NCBI GenBank assembly: GCA_023205875.1 | Contig: CP060754.1 | Location: 1,364,001 to 1,428,000, forward strand | Length of the DNA: 64,000 nucleotides | Origin: Chloropicon primus | Taxonomy: Eukaryota | Direction: 5' to 3' | Shown here: positions 18,013 to 29,218 of the stretch, in pieces | Position numbering within the stretch: the first letter of the stretch is position 1 | How the letters are laid out: every line of letters starts with the position of its first letter | Program-made: the position numbers and the translations under genes | The notes under the pieces: model-generated | Told to the model about the DNA's origin: nothing | The model's input: the letters and a program-made list of their open reading frames with translations, nothing else | Databases searched by the model: none

Positions 18013-19557
18013 ATGGATCTGGAGATAGCGAGCGAGGTGGACAAGGCCAGGATGAAGGACACGGTGCCTCAGATTCACATCCGCCGCTTGGAGCACGTGT
18101 ACGACTTCTCGGAGCTCACGGACCAGAGGAACCGTTACGCGAACCTGAGGGAGGAGTTCAAAAAGCTGCATGGGGCGGAGCCGGACTTCATCGCGAGGGC
18201 GCCCGGACGCGTGAACCTGATTGGGGAGCACATAGACTACGAGGGGTACTCGGTCCTGCCGATGGCCCTGTCGCTGGACGTGATCGTGGCCTGCGGGATG
18301 AGGAGCGAGGCGCACATCCACGTCTCGAACGTGTCGAAGGAGGTCGACGCGGAGGACCCCACCAAGCCCAAGTACGAGGCCGGGATCCTGTCGATAGACC
18401 CGAGGGAGCCCGTGAAGAGGGGGTCCTGGCTGAGCTACGTCCAGGCGGCGTACAAGGGCGTCCTGGAGTACTTCATGTGGAAGCACAGGGACAACAAGGC
18501 CGAGATACTGTGGCCGAGGCAGAAGGGAATGAACCTCATGGTGGACGGCCGGGTCCCCCAGGGGAGCGGGCTGTCCTCGAGCTCGGCCCTCGTCTGCGCC
18601 ATCGCGATCGCGGTGATGCACATCAAGAAGATGTCCTTCACCAAGGCGGAGATCGCGGAGTTCTGCAGGGAGTGCGAAAAGTACGTGGGGACCCAGTCGG
18701 GAGGAATGGACCAGGCGATCTCGCTCATGGGGGAGAAGGGCTTTGCCAAGTTGATCGACTTCAACCCGGTCAAGGCCCACTCCGTTCCCCTCCCCCTGGG
18801 GGGCATCTTTGTCATCGCGAACACGGTCGTCGCGAGCCTCAAAGCCAAAGCGCCCGAGAGCAAGTACAACTTGAGGGTCGTCGAGTGCACGCTAGCGGCG
18901 GTGGTGTTGGCGTTGGCCCTCGACGTGCCCAAGGGGGAGGCCCTGAAGCTGAAGACGCTGAAGGAAGTCCAGGAGAGGATGGGGGACAAGAAAGACTCCC
19001 CTCTCGTAGTCTTGGAGGAGAAAATGCACGCGGAGCCTTACGACAGGGCCGAGCTGGAGCCTCTCATGGGAGTGAAGCTGGAGGCCCTGTTCAAGGACAA
19101 CGAAGACTTTCTCAAGGCCGTCAAGTACGGGGATGCGAACAAGGGCTTTCAGCTGTACAACCGGGCCCTGCACGTGTACAGCGAAGCTGCGAGGGTCTAC
19201 AAGATCAGGCAGCTTTGCGCTGACGACAGCAAGGACAAGTTCCAGAGCATCGGCAGGCTGATGACGGAATCTCACCGGAGCTGCAAGACCCTGTACGACT
19301 GCTCCTCTCCCGAGCTGGACGAGCTCGTGAAGCTTGCGATCGAAAACGGGGCTTACGGCGCGAGGCTGACGGGGGCCGGATGGGGCGGCTGCATCGTTGC
19401 CTACGTCAGCGAGAACACTAAGAACAGGTTCATCGAGGAGATCTACAGGTCCTACTACAAGAAGAACCTGGACTCTGGGAAGTTCGAGCGCTCGCAACTG
19501 AGGGACTGCATTTTCCCTTCCAAGCCCTCTCCGGGAGCCTGCATCATCCCCCTGTAA
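18013..19557 (+). CDS. GALK: Galactokinase (GHMP kinase)
   Basis: 'APGRVNLIGEHIDYEG', 'PQGSGLSSSSA', 'SGGMDQ', 'GARLTGAGWGG'. Confidence 0.95.
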   Translation: MDLEIASEVDKARMKDTVPQIHIRRLEHVYDFSELTDQRNRYANLREEFKKLHGAEPDFIARAPGRVNLIGEHIDYEGYSVLPMALSLDVIVACGMRSEAHIHVSNVSKEVDAEDPTKPKYEAGILSIDPREPVKRGSWLSYVQAAYKGVLEYFMWKHRDNKAEILWPRQKGMNLMVDGRVPQGSGLSSSSALVCAIAIAVMHIKKMSFTKAEIAEFCRECEKYVGTQSGGMDQAISLMGEKGFAKLIDFNPVKAHSVPLPLGGIFVIANTVVASLKAKAPESKYNLRVVECTLAAVVLALALDVPKGEALKLKTLKEVQERMGDKKDSPLVVLEEKMHAEPYDRAELEPLMGVKLEALFKDNEDFLKAVKYGDANKGFQLYNRALHVYSEAARVYKIRQLCADDSKDKFQSIGRLMTESHRSCKTLYDCSSPELDELVKLAIENGAYGARLTGAGWGGCIVAYVSENTKNRFIEEIYRSYYKKNLDSGKFERSQLRDCIFPSKPSPGACIIPL

Positions 19558-19706
19558 AACTACTGTTAGCAAAGCTTAGGATATAAAATAATTTGATACA
19601 ACAAACCCAAAAGAAAAAAAAGCATCCAGAAAGGTCCAGAGAAAATCCTTGTTGTTGTTTTTTTATTACACGGTGAATGAATTGTGAAAGGTTACAAAAT
19701 TACTAG

Positions 19707-21278
19707 TTAGACAAACTGCTGAACGAGTTCCAGCTGCTGCTCCTTGAGCTGCTCCTCTTCCGTCTGGACCCTGAGCCTGGTGTGAACCTTGTCGTTCACC
19801 ACGAAGAGAGGGTTCGTTGGATCGTCCATGACGTCCTTGTTCACGGAGATGCCATCGAGGTACTGCTTCAAGATGTTCCTCAGGTCCCTGTTGCTGGCCT
19901 CGAGCTTCATCTTCTCCTTGCCTATCGCAGCGTTGTCCATCTTCACTCTGTTGAACCGCTTAAAGAACTGGTTGAGGTAGTCCCACTCAGGGACCTTGTT
20001 TCCGCTCTCGTCCACCCCGTAGCTGCTGATCTGCGCGGCGGAAGACTTCTCTTCCGCGATGCCCTCAGCAGAAGAAGCGCCTTCCCCTGCCTTCTCAGCC
20101 CCTTGCGCCTCTGCAACAGCCTCCGCGGACTCGTCCTTCATCGCGTCCATCGTCCCGAATGGAAGGACCTTCTCGTTCTCAGTCTCCAACTTCCTGCAAA
20201 GCTCGCTCACGTGAAGAATTCTTTCCGCCAAGTTGAGCTTGTTGGTCAAGTCGTCGATCGCCTTTCCGGAGTTGATGCACAGGGCCTTGAGCTTTCCCGC
20301 CTGCGAAGACCTGAACCTGTCGAGCGAAGCCTTGAGGTTATGGTAGTGCTTCGCCAGGATGTCCTTCTCCTGCCTCAGGGCCTTGTTTCTGACGTCCCAC
20401 TCCCTCGAGGTGGACGCAATCTTTGCCCTCCAGTGCGTCAACGAATCCTGCATTCTCATCAGCTTGCGCATCCTCTTCTCGATGATTCTCGCAGACTTCG
20501 CGTCGCTCTTGGTCAGGGTCTTGAAAGCCTCGTTCCTCGAGTTGGTGCTCGTCAAGTAAGCCTGGTGGGCCTTGTCAAAGTGCCTCTCGAGCTCCTCAAT
20601 AATGGACTCCAGACGAAGTTTCAGCACCTGGTACTCCTCGCTGTTCCTGTTCTTGATCTCCTCCCTCTGGGACTCGAACTCGTGCCTGACCTCAGTCTCG
20701 GCGTCGTTGAACTCGAGCTCCATGGCCTGCATGATGTCCAGCATGTCCTTCTTGTTCTTCTGGTGAACATTGCTTATCTCTGTCTTCTCCGAGTCAAACT
20801 CGCCCTCCAAGTCCCTCACCCTTTCCAGGAACTCCTGCTCGAGCTCCTTGAGGCGAAGGTACTGCAAGTCGATGAGGGAGTCGATCACCTGGTGGTGAGC
20901 ACGCAAGCTCGTGCGGTACTGCTCCTCTGCCTCCTCGAGGTCCTGGTCCAGCATCTGTATCATGGCATCCTTCCTGTCGACGGACCTCTCGTGGTTCTGG
21001 CTCAACACCTCGATGTCTTTCTTCAGGCCCTCCACCTTGGCCTTCCTCATGATTTGCCTCCATTTCTCGTTGATCTTCCTCTTGTTCAGCACCGCGTACC
21101 GCTCCTCCACCAACTGCTTCTCCCTCAACTTGACTCGACTCTGTTCGATAAGTTTCTTCGTCTCCTCCTCAACGGCAGCAGCTTCCATCTGAACCCTCGT
21201 CAGGTACTCCTCCTCCGTCTCATTCTGACCTCGCGCGTCCAAAGCACTCGGGCCTCTCGCCCCTCCTATGCGCACCAT
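19707..21278 (-). CDS. DRC2: Dynein regulatory complex subunit 2 (CCDC65/DRC2)
   Basis: Coiled coil with 'WRQIMRKAK..IEVLSQNHERSVDRKD', 'CRKLETENEKVLPF', 'LRNILKQYLDGISV', 'NPLFVVN'. Confidence 0.85.
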   Translation of the reverse strand: MVRIGGARGPSALDARGQNETEEEYLTRVQMEAAAVEEETKKLIEQSRVKLREKQLVEERYAVLNKRKINEKWRQIMRKAKVEGLKKDIEVLSQNHERSVDRKDAMIQMLDQDLEEAEEQYRTSLRAHHQVIDSLIDLQYLRLKELEQEFLERVRDLEGEFDSEKTEISNVHQKNKKDMLDIMQAMELEFNDAETEVRHEFESQREEIKNRNSEEYQVLKLRLESIIEELERHFDKAHQAYLTSTNSRNEAFKTLTKSDAKSARIIEKRMRKLMRMQDSLTHWRAKIASTSREWDVRNKALRQEKDILAKHYHNLKASLDRFRSSQAGKLKALCINSGKAIDDLTNKLNLAERILHVSELCRKLETENEKVLPFGTMDAMKDESAEAVAEAQGAEKAGEGASSAEGIAEEKSSAAQISSYGVDESGNKVPEWDYLNQFFKRFNRVKMDNAAIGKEKMKLEASNRDLRNILKQYLDGISVNKDVMDDPTNPLFVVNDKVHTRLRVQTEEEQLKEQQLELVQQFV

Positions 21279-21986
21279 CCTCTCCCCTCTCCCCTCTCCC
21301 CTCTCCTCTCTCTCCTGCTCCACACCTCTTCACGGTGTTCCGCGTCCTCCAAGCCTCACCAGACCTCCAACTCCTTCAACCAAGGGCTCTTTCGAAAGAG
21401 AAAGACAAGGCCTTGCCGCCTAGCGTGCCCTCTCCCCCTTCCTCCTGCTCTGGCGTACTCAAAACACGCGCACAAACTCTCTCGCTCTCCGCCTCTTCTG
21501 CGACGCTCCGCTGACCAATTCCTTGTACCAATTCCATCTTACTTAGAGAATTACGAAATGGAACGGTCAACACGTCGAGGGGGTTGTATGAGTGTACGAA
21601 GGTGTACACTCCTGTATACGTGCATGTCCATACAATCGAAGGACTGCACTCCTCGTGAACCATTGCATTGCAGTCCTTCGTCCGTACGTTCAAGTCCATT
21701 CATCCCTCTCCTTTCCCCTCTTCTTCGTTCCTCCTGGTTGGTGCCCCTTTCCCCGTACACCAGAAGGGGCAAGGCAAGGTGAATGAATGGGTTGGGGAGG
21801 AAAGGCAAAGAGGGTTAGGTGGGGGTGGATGCATGCGTTATTGTCTCCTGCTCCTCCTCCTCTTTCCAAAGTGGCAGACTGGTTGTGCAACAATGGCGCC
21901 TAATAAATGGATTCAAGTGTTTTGTCCTATTTTTTTTTTGGGGGGGGTTATATAGTTTCAGCAAAGACGGAGCAACATCCTCCTCC

Positions 21987-24329
21987 TCACAAGGGGGTGG
22001 TCTGGTGCCTGAGCCAGTCCTTGGTGGTGCCGCTCTTGAGTCTGGGACTGATGGAATCCCACACCTTGGCGTGGTACTCGTTCACCCACTGGACCTCCTC
22101 CTTGGTCAGCATGTCCCTCACCATGAGTTTCTTTTGGATGGGGACCATGGTCAGGTCGTTGAACTTGAGGTATTCCTTGTCCCCAAACTCCTTGTCGGTC
22201 TCCGCCTTGGACACCCAGACCAAGTTCTCGATCCTTATTCCGAAGCTTCCTTCCTCGTAGTAGCCGGGCTCGTTGCTCAGGACCATCCCTTTGCAGATCC
22301 CGGTGGTGTTGGTGTACCTCGCGCTGATGCCGCAGGGGCCCTCGTGGACGTTCAACCCCGCGCCGACCCCGTGGCCAGTCCCGTGCCTGTAGTCGAGGCC
22401 GCCCCTCCAAAGGCTGCTCCTTGCGAACGAGTCGATCATGAAGCCAGGAACGCCCTCCGGAAAAACGAGCGTGTTCAAAGCGATGTGACCCTTCAAGACT
22501 CTTGTGTAGCACTGCTTCTGGTAGTCCGATGGCTCTCCAAAGTGCACCGTCCTGGTCACGTCCGTGGTTCCGCAATCAAACTGGCCCCCAGAGTCCAGCA
22601 GGAGCATGCTGGAGTCGGTTAGGGTGTTGCAGGACCCTTTCTCCGGCCTGTAGTGAATGATCGCCCCGTTCTCCCCCTCCCCGGCAATCGTGGCAAAGCT
22701 CGGCTCAATAAACCCTTGCTGCAGCGACCTGAACTCGAGGAGTTTCTCAGATATTTCGTACTCCGTCGGAGTCACCCCTTGGTCCACGATCGTGATCTCG
22801 AGCCACTCCAGGAACTGGGTGAGGGCCACGCCGTCCCTCAGGTGGGCCTCGACCAGCCCGTTGATCTCAGCCTCGTTCTTCTGGGCCTTCGCCATTGAGA
22901 TGGGCGACTTCTTTTCGATGATGTACCCAGACTCGTCGCTCAACGCGATCTCTTGGTCACCACAGGCACCGCCTTCCCTCGTGATATCCCCCGTGTCCGT
23001 GTTATACGAATAGACGTTCCCGTTGTCGTCCGACAGTTTCAGGACAACTTGGCTCGATGCGCCTCCGTTCGACCTCCCGGAGCCTCTTTCACGAATCGAT
23101 TTGCTCAACAGGTCGTAGAGGCCCGAAGTGCACTGGTTTGGATCGACCCAGAACTTGGTGTCCTCCCCGCAGAGCTTTTTCAGCGCGCCCTTCAAGTCGC
23201 CGTAACCTTGCACGGAGACGCCGCATTCTTTCAAGTACAGCGAGACTTCGTCGGACAGCTTTTCTCTGTCCACGAAAAGGGTGCACTCCTCGAGGGTCAC
23301 GACCACGTAGGCTACGACCACGGGCGAGTTCTCAATATCCGCGCCCCTGATATTGAGGAGCCACGCCACCTCGTCCAAGGTGTTGACCAGGAGAGCGCCC
23401 GTCTTCTCCTCCTTCATCTCCTCCCTCACTTTCTCCAGCTTGGAGGACACCGTGTCGCCGGCGTAGTCCAAGGGGTGTATCCTGACCCTCCCGTCCGGAA
23501 AGGCCGGCCTGCCGTCGCCCTGCCACACCTCGTCCACGAGGTTCTCCTCCACGGGAATCAGCGAGCACTGGACCGAGGTCAGCTGGTCACGAAACTGCCG
23601 GGCAGTCTGAACGGTGAACACCATGGGGTCGATGCCGACCCTGCTGCCTGGCTTCAGGTTGTCGACGAGCCAGTTGATCGGTTCCGGCACGTCGGGCATC
23701 CCCGACTTCATCAGCTTCCACGGCGTTTCGGACAGCTCCATGTCCGCTTGCAGGAAGTACCTGCTGTCCGTCCAAAGCAGCGCGAAGCCGCCCCCCTCGC
23801 GCTTTTCCTTGGACGCGTGCCCATTGCCGTTCTCGGAGCACACGGCGTTCGCCGTGGTCACCAGGGCCGTTCCCGCAGAGCCGGTGAAGCCCGAGATGTA
23901 GTCCCTCCTCCTGAACGCCGAGGGTGGCATCTCGCAGAGGTGCGGATCGTCTGTCGGCACGATGTAAGCGGAGAGCAAGCCCTTCTCCAGCAGGCTCCTC
24001 AGCCTGTCGACCTTCGTTCCCGCGTCATAGCCAGCGCCGTCCCCGGCACTCCCCGAGCTCTTCTGCACGCCCACCGCCTTGGCAACGCTCCTCCTCTTCG
24101 AGCCATCGCCCAGATCCCCCCCCCTCCGCTTCGTCATCGCTGAGCAGAGCCCCGTCGCCTGCCAAGAGCAAGCCCTGGCCCGTGCACCTGGCTCCACGCC
24201 CCTTCCCCCCGAGAGGCACGCCAACCTCGCCTTGCGCGTCTGCTCCTGTCTCCCCGACGTCCTCGACGATAGAAGAGCCGCTCTCTGCCCCGAATTCTTG
24301 AACCTGTGCAAGCGAGCCGACTTTAGCAT
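21987..24329 (-). CDS. Xaa-Pro aminopeptidase (aminopeptidase P, M24B), organelle-targeted
   Basis: 'SGFTGSAG', 'WTDSRYFLQA', 'LLDSGGQFDCGTTDVTRT', 'HGTGHGVG..LNVHEGP', 'SNEPGYY', 'GIRIEN'. Confidence 0.93.
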   Translation of the reverse strand: MLKSARLHRFKNSGQRAALLSSRTSGRQEQTRKARLACLSGGRGVEPGARARACSWQATGLCSAMTKRRGGDLGDGSKRRSVAKAVGVQKSSGSAGDGAGYDAGTKVDRLRSLLEKGLLSAYIVPTDDPHLCEMPPSAFRRRDYISGFTGSAGTALVTTANAVCSENGNGHASKEKREGGGFALLWTDSRYFLQADMELSETPWKLMKSGMPDVPEPINWLVDNLKPGSRVGIDPMVFTVQTARQFRDQLTSVQCSLIPVEENLVDEVWQGDGRPAFPDGRVRIHPLDYAGDTVSSKLEKVREEMKEEKTGALLVNTLDEVAWLLNIRGADIENSPVVVAYVVVTLEECTLFVDREKLSDEVSLYLKECGVSVQGYGDLKGALKKLCGEDTKFWVDPNQCTSGLYDLLSKSIRERGSGRSNGGASSQVVLKLSDDNGNVYSYNTDTGDITREGGACGDQEIALSDESGYIIEKKSPISMAKAQKNEAEINGLVEAHLRDGVALTQFLEWLEITIVDQGVTPTEYEISEKLLEFRSLQQGFIEPSFATIAGEGENGAIIHYRPEKGSCNTLTDSSMLLLDSGGQFDCGTTDVTRTVHFGEPSDYQKQCYTRVLKGHIALNTLVFPEGVPGFMIDSFARSSLWRGGLDYRHGTGHGVGAGLNVHEGPCGISARYTNTTGICKGMVLSNEPGYYEEGSFGIRIENLVWVSKAETDKEFGDKEYLKFNDLTMVPIQKKLMVRDMLTKEEVQWVNEYHAKVWDSISPRLKSGTTKDWLRHQTTPL

Positions 24330-24800
24330 CGTCTGAGCGGGCGAAATGAGCGACGAGGCGTGAGCGCTTCGCTCGCACTCTGCTCCTCCTCCTGGAGTCC
24401 CACGAACAGACAAAACCCAAACCAATCAGTCTTCGACTTCCTTTAATGTCGTCCATTTCTCACGATCGAGGGGTCTCAGAAGAGATCACGAGATAACGCA
24501 TCCATTCTTAACGCTCTCACGTCGAGCACCAACTCGACTCGGTGCGAAAACACCCTCCAAACTCACCTCGTGCGCCCCGTCAGTACTCCTCGACTGTGCA
24601 CCGCAGATTTTCCTCTTGTGGAAATCTCTCTCTCTCTCTCCACCAACATTTCCACATTTGATATTTGTATTTGAAATTTGAAGTGAGGACGCCGCCGCCG
24701 CCTTTCGCTCGAATTGGCCCAGAGGAGCGAAGGAGAGAGAGAGAGAGAGAGAACCCGACCATACGATCGACCGGGACGAGTACGACGAGTGTTGAGCAGG

Positions 24801-25645
24801 ATGGTCAAGTACGCGAGAGAACCAGTGAATGTTACCAAGTCCGCCAAGGTAAGGAACCCGAGTTCTGCAGCAACCATCACCACGACGACGACGACGACGA
24901 CGGCGAACACAGAGAGGAGAGCTCTTGGGTCCGTCCCTCTCTCTTGGTTTTGTGTTGGGACTGGAGGTGTGGGAGGGAGAGTGTGGTGTTACTGGCACGG
25001 GGTGGGAAGAGATTTGCTTTCGCCGTCGACGACGCCTCTCCTCGTTCCCTTCTCTGCGTTTCTTTTTTTTTCTTCTTCTTGTTCTTCTTCTCATGGAACT
25101 GGGCATCTGACTGGAGAGTTTCGTGGTTTCGTTTTCATTTGTTTTTGTTTTAGGCTCGCGGGAGCGACTTGAGGGTTCACTTCAAGAACACCAGGGAGAG
25201 CGCCATGGCGATTAAGAAGATGGGACTCCTCCAGGCGAAGAAGTACCTCGAGGATGTGTTGGAGCACAAGCGCGTCATTGTGTTCCGCAGGTTCTGCGGA
25301 GGCGTCGGAAGAACCGCTCAGGCGAAGAACGAGGGATCCACGAACGGACAGGGAAGATGGCCAAAGAAGTCCGTCAAGGTTCTTCTTGACTTGCTCAGGA
25401 ACGCCGAGTCCAACGCCGAGACCAAGGGTCTTGATATTGACTCCTTGTACGTGTCCCACATCCAGGTGAACCAGGCTCAGAAGGGAAGGAGAAGAACGTA
25501 CAGGGCCCACGGTAGAATCAACGCTTACATGTCGTCCCCATGCCACGTTGAGCTCACCCTCAGCGAGAAGGAGGACCCTGTCCCACAGCCAGACAAGCCT
25601 GCGGCCAAGCTCACGAAGAGACAGCTCGCGGCCATCAAGGCTTAA
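24801..25645 (+). CDS. RPL17: 60S ribosomal protein uL22 (L17); exons 24801-24848 and 25154-25645
   Basis: '[27 protein letters not shown]', '[19 protein letters not shown]'; GTAAGG...TAG intron. Confidence 0.96.
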
Positions 25646-26131
25646 AGACGAACCTTCACGACTTCTTATATAGAGAGAAAGAGAGATGGTTAATTATAGA
25701 TGAATGTATATACGTTTTACGTCGTTTTAAACGGAACCGATCCAAGCAGAGGTCCCGGAGAAAATGTTCTTGCAGGCTGGCCGTTCTCTCGTCGTCGCCG
25801 TCCTCCCTCCCTCCCTCTCCTCCAGGAAAGGATCCAAGCGTGAAGCGGGCTGGACCGGGCAGGGTGCTGCACGATGCGGTCCCTCTGGTCCCTCTCCACA
25901 AGGAAAGGAAAGGAAAGGACCGTCCCCAACATTGAAGTGAAGTGAAGAGTGGAGTGTCTCTCTATCTCTATCTCTCTATCTCTATCTCTCTATCTCTGTG
26001 TCTTGCCTTGTTGAAAAAGTGACGCCTATGGGTGAAGGGTTTTCATCGATCCCGAGGAGCGGCAGAAGGAGAAGGAGAGCGGCCGGCGGAGGAGCACGAG
26101 GGCTTGAGAGCGTAGAACGGAAGGGAGGACG

Positions 26132-26731
26132 ATGGCGAGCGACGGAACCCAAGGCCTCGCAGCGGAGGAGCTGGAGCGACTTATCTTCTTCGAGGCGGCG
26201 AAGGAGCAAGCCAAGCTGGAAGTGAAGAAGAACCCGAAGGATGTTCAGGCTTTGGTTCGGTGGGGAGGAGCTCTCCTTGAGCTCGCGCACTTGAAGCAGG
26301 GCCACGAGTCGATCGTGTGCATCGAGGAAGCGGTGGAGAAGATAGAGCAGGCCCTGAAAATCGATCCAAGGAAGCACGAGGCTCTGTGGTGCCTGGGAAA
26401 CGCTTACACGAGCCAGGGTTTCCTTCACGCTTCCGTGGAGAAGGCGCAGGACTACTTTGATCGCGCGTGCGAGTGCTTCCGCAAGGCGTGCAAGGAGGAC
26501 CCAAGCAACGAGGTCTACAAGAAGGCCCTCGAGATGAACTCGAAGGCTCCTCAGTTGCACGCCCAGATCCAGAAGCAGCTCCAGCAGCAGCAGGAGGCCG
26601 CGGTGCAGGAGCAAGCCAAGATCCAGAGCGCCAACACGGACTATCTTTACGACATAGCAGGTTGGGTCATCCTCGTGGGCTTGGGCGTGGGGCTCGTTGT
26701 CATGTCCAACTTGCAGAAGCCATCGAACTAG
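26132..26731 (+). CDS. TOM20: Plant-type mitochondrial import receptor TOM20
   Basis: 'LERLIFFE', 'LVRWGGALLELA', 'HEALWCLGNAYTS', 'KAPQLH', C-terminal TM 'YDIAGWVIL'. Confidence 0.9.
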   Translation: MASDGTQGLAAEELERLIFFEAAKEQAKLEVKKNPKDVQALVRWGGALLELAHLKQGHESIVCIEEAVEKIEQALKIDPRKHEALWCLGNAYTSQGFLHASVEKAQDYFDRACECFRKACKEDPSNEVYKKALEMNSKAPQLHAQIQKQLQQQQEAAVQEQAKIQSANTDYLYDIAGWVILVGLGVGLVVMSNLQKPSN

Positions 26732-26795
26732 AGGGAGACAGAGGGAGACAGAGGGAGAGGGGGGGGGAGACAGGAGGAGGAGGAGGAGTTTGAAC

Positions 26796-26833
<38 letters not shown>

Positions 26834-27014
26834 GCGCGAGTGGGTCGTCGTCGTAAGCACACGGGCAAGCGGGCAAGGATTATAATTCGCAAAACTGTAA
26901 CATATTATTTTGTTCCCCATGCTAAATTGCCTCTTATACTTTAATACAATGCATCATATATCTATTGTTTTAGCAACCTGTTCGAAAAAGCCTCCTCCTC
27001 CTCGATGGCTTGGC

Positions 27015-28481
27015 TCACTCGCACGCAAGCTTGCCGTCAAAGCTCGTCAGGCAGATCGCAAAGGCTTGCAGGGCCGACATCGGCCACTTGTAATCCATGG
27101 TGAACTCCTTGTCCGAAATTTTCCCGAACTGGCAGACGATGTCGTCGCTATCGTCCGTCTCGACCAGCTGAAAGTTCTTCACGGAGGCCTCCGTGACCCT
27201 GCCGTTGAAGTTGAGGCAAAAAGCTCCGAGCTGCTCGTTCCAGGCGGGAGACTTGTTCTGGTAGACGATCATGTCGTCGCTCTCCCCGTTCGTGTCCTTG
27301 AAGAGGTCCATGATCGACTCCCCCTTCTGGTCCGGGACGAAGGACTTCCTCCTCGCCTTGGAGTCCAGGGAGGGGATGACTACAGTCATCTTCCTAGGGC
27401 CCCTCGTGCCAAGGATGTTGTGCTGGTAAAGGACGCCCCCCAGCTCGCTCCTGACGTTCGGCTGGATTCCCTTGGCTCCGTTGTCCTGAGGCTTTGACCC
27501 CTTGTCGAAGATCACGAACTCCGTTCCTATGAAGTTGCTTCTCAGCTTCCCAAAGTAATTCCCAGACTGCCTCGCCAAGTCGTCCTTGTCCAGGGAGATG
27601 AGGTAGTTCGAGGACTTGCTCTTCTTCCTCTTGCGCGCGGAAAGGAGGAAGTCCCCCTCGGGGCCGTCAAGCTGAAGGATGTACTTTGGGTACATCCCAA
27701 AGTTCCCCTTCTCCCTCCTAATGGTGCACTGCACGTGGCCGTCCTTGGGGCCCGGCTGCATCAGAAACAGGCGCTTGTCTGACAAGTCAGGGATCACCGA
27801 GGCGTTCGTCGACAAACCCCTCTGCTGCTCGCTCCTCTCCCTGTGCGTCTGGGGCTCGTACACTGGCATGATTCCTTGCTCCTGAAGGTGCTGCTCCGTC
27901 GCGGACCTCACGTTCGCCCTGTCCTGGACCTCCTGGAACAGCCTCAGCGGGGCCGGGGCAGCGGCGGTCCCGCCGGGGCTGCGGGCTGGGGCCAAAGCCG
28001 TCGCCGACACCGTCGTCGCGTTGCTGATGATGTTCTCGGACAGCGTCATGTCCGCCGCCCCGGGGGGGGGAGCGGCGCTCCTCCTGTTGCTGCTGCCCTG
28101 GGGGGGCTGAACAGCCCTCTTCTCCACGACCCTCGTCGGTGCGCTGAGCTTGGACCTCTGGTGCTGGTTCGAGGACAGAGGGTTGGAGTAGTTCGAGGGG
28201 GGAATCGGCTGCAGGGTGGACCTCTGGGCGTTCCCGTTCCCGTTCCCGCTCCCGCCCTTGTGAAGCGCCATGGGCTTGCCGTTGTTGTTGAGGTACGACT
28301 GCTTCGCCAGCCCTCCCCCCTGGATCCTCTCCTGGCGCTTCTGGGCCGCCCTCTGCTTGTACTGCTCGATGTTGCTCAGCCTCCTCCCGGACAGAGGCTT
28401 CATGTGGTGGTGGTGCGGAGGAGCTTCGGCCACGTGTTGTTGCTGGGAGCGCGTTTGCTCCTGATGATGTTGATGAGACAT
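27015..28481 (-). CDS. Tubby-like protein
   Basis: 'FLLSARKRKK', 'GKLRSNFIGTEF', 'GPRKM', 'LNFNGRVTEASVKNFQL', 'QAFAICLTSFDGKLACE'. Confidence 0.93.
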   Translation of the reverse strand: MSHQHHQEQTRSQQQHVAEAPPHHHHMKPLSGRRLSNIEQYKQRAAQKRQERIQGGGLAKQSYLNNNGKPMALHKGGSGNGNGNAQRSTLQPIPPSNYSNPLSSNQHQRSKLSAPTRVVEKRAVQPPQGSSNRRSAAPPPGAADMTLSENIISNATTVSATALAPARSPGGTAAAPAPLRLFQEVQDRANVRSATEQHLQEQGIMPVYEPQTHRERSEQQRGLSTNASVIPDLSDKRLFLMQPGPKDGHVQCTIRREKGNFGMYPKYILQLDGPEGDFLLSARKRKKSKSSNYLISLDKDDLARQSGNYFGKLRSNFIGTEFVIFDKGSKPQDNGAKGIQPNVRSELGGVLYQHNILGTRGPRKMTVVIPSLDSKARRKSFVPDQKGESIMDLFKDTNGESDDMIVYQNKSPAWNEQLGAFCLNFNGRVTEASVKNFQLVETDDSDDIVCQFGKISDKEFTMDYKWPMSALQAFAICLTSFDGKLACE

Positions 28482-29218
28482 CTTTGGGTTGGTGGTCTCG
28501 CGAAACCCCGGTTCCGGTGGAAAAGGAAAAAAAAAGGAACAAGAGGAGAAGAGGAGAAGAGGTAATCAGCGAGAAAAGGAAAGGCTCTCAGGTGGAGAGT
28601 GTCCCGTGTCCCGTCTTTGTGCTCTCTCTCTCTCACACACACACACACTCTCTCTCTCTCGTTCCAAGGCCGCTTGGATTCTGTCGCTTTATCTCCACCC
28701 CAGAGCAACGGATGGATCTTGTCCCTGGGATCAAATGTTCTATAGAAGACGGTCATAAAGAAGGGAAGAGGAAGGGAAGAGAGGTTTCTGTCGTTTGTGT
28801 TCCAACGAACACACGCACAAGAGACGAAGAGGAGCGGGGGGGGGGGGCTCACGTGAGGAGGAGGAGGCGAAAGATGCTGCCTTTCTTTTCTCGCTCCACT
28901 TGCTCGCTCTGAGGCGAAACGAAAGATGCTGCCTTTCTTCTGGAAGGGATCGACGACGTGCGTGTTTCTTTTGTGCTTTTGGAGGTGACAAAAACGTTCA
29001 AGGGGCTTGAGGTGCTTGCCCTGGCGATCCGCCAGCAGCAGCAGCAGCAGCAAGAAGAGGTGGCACCTGGCATCGATCGATCGATCGAGGAGCCCAGGTG
29101 GAGGGAGAACGAAGACCAACAGGAACAGGAACAGGCTTGTGACTTGTGGGGTGGCGTTGCGAACAACGGACGATCGGGCGGGAAGGGCGGGAGGGGGAGA
29201 GGGACAAAAAAAAAAAGT

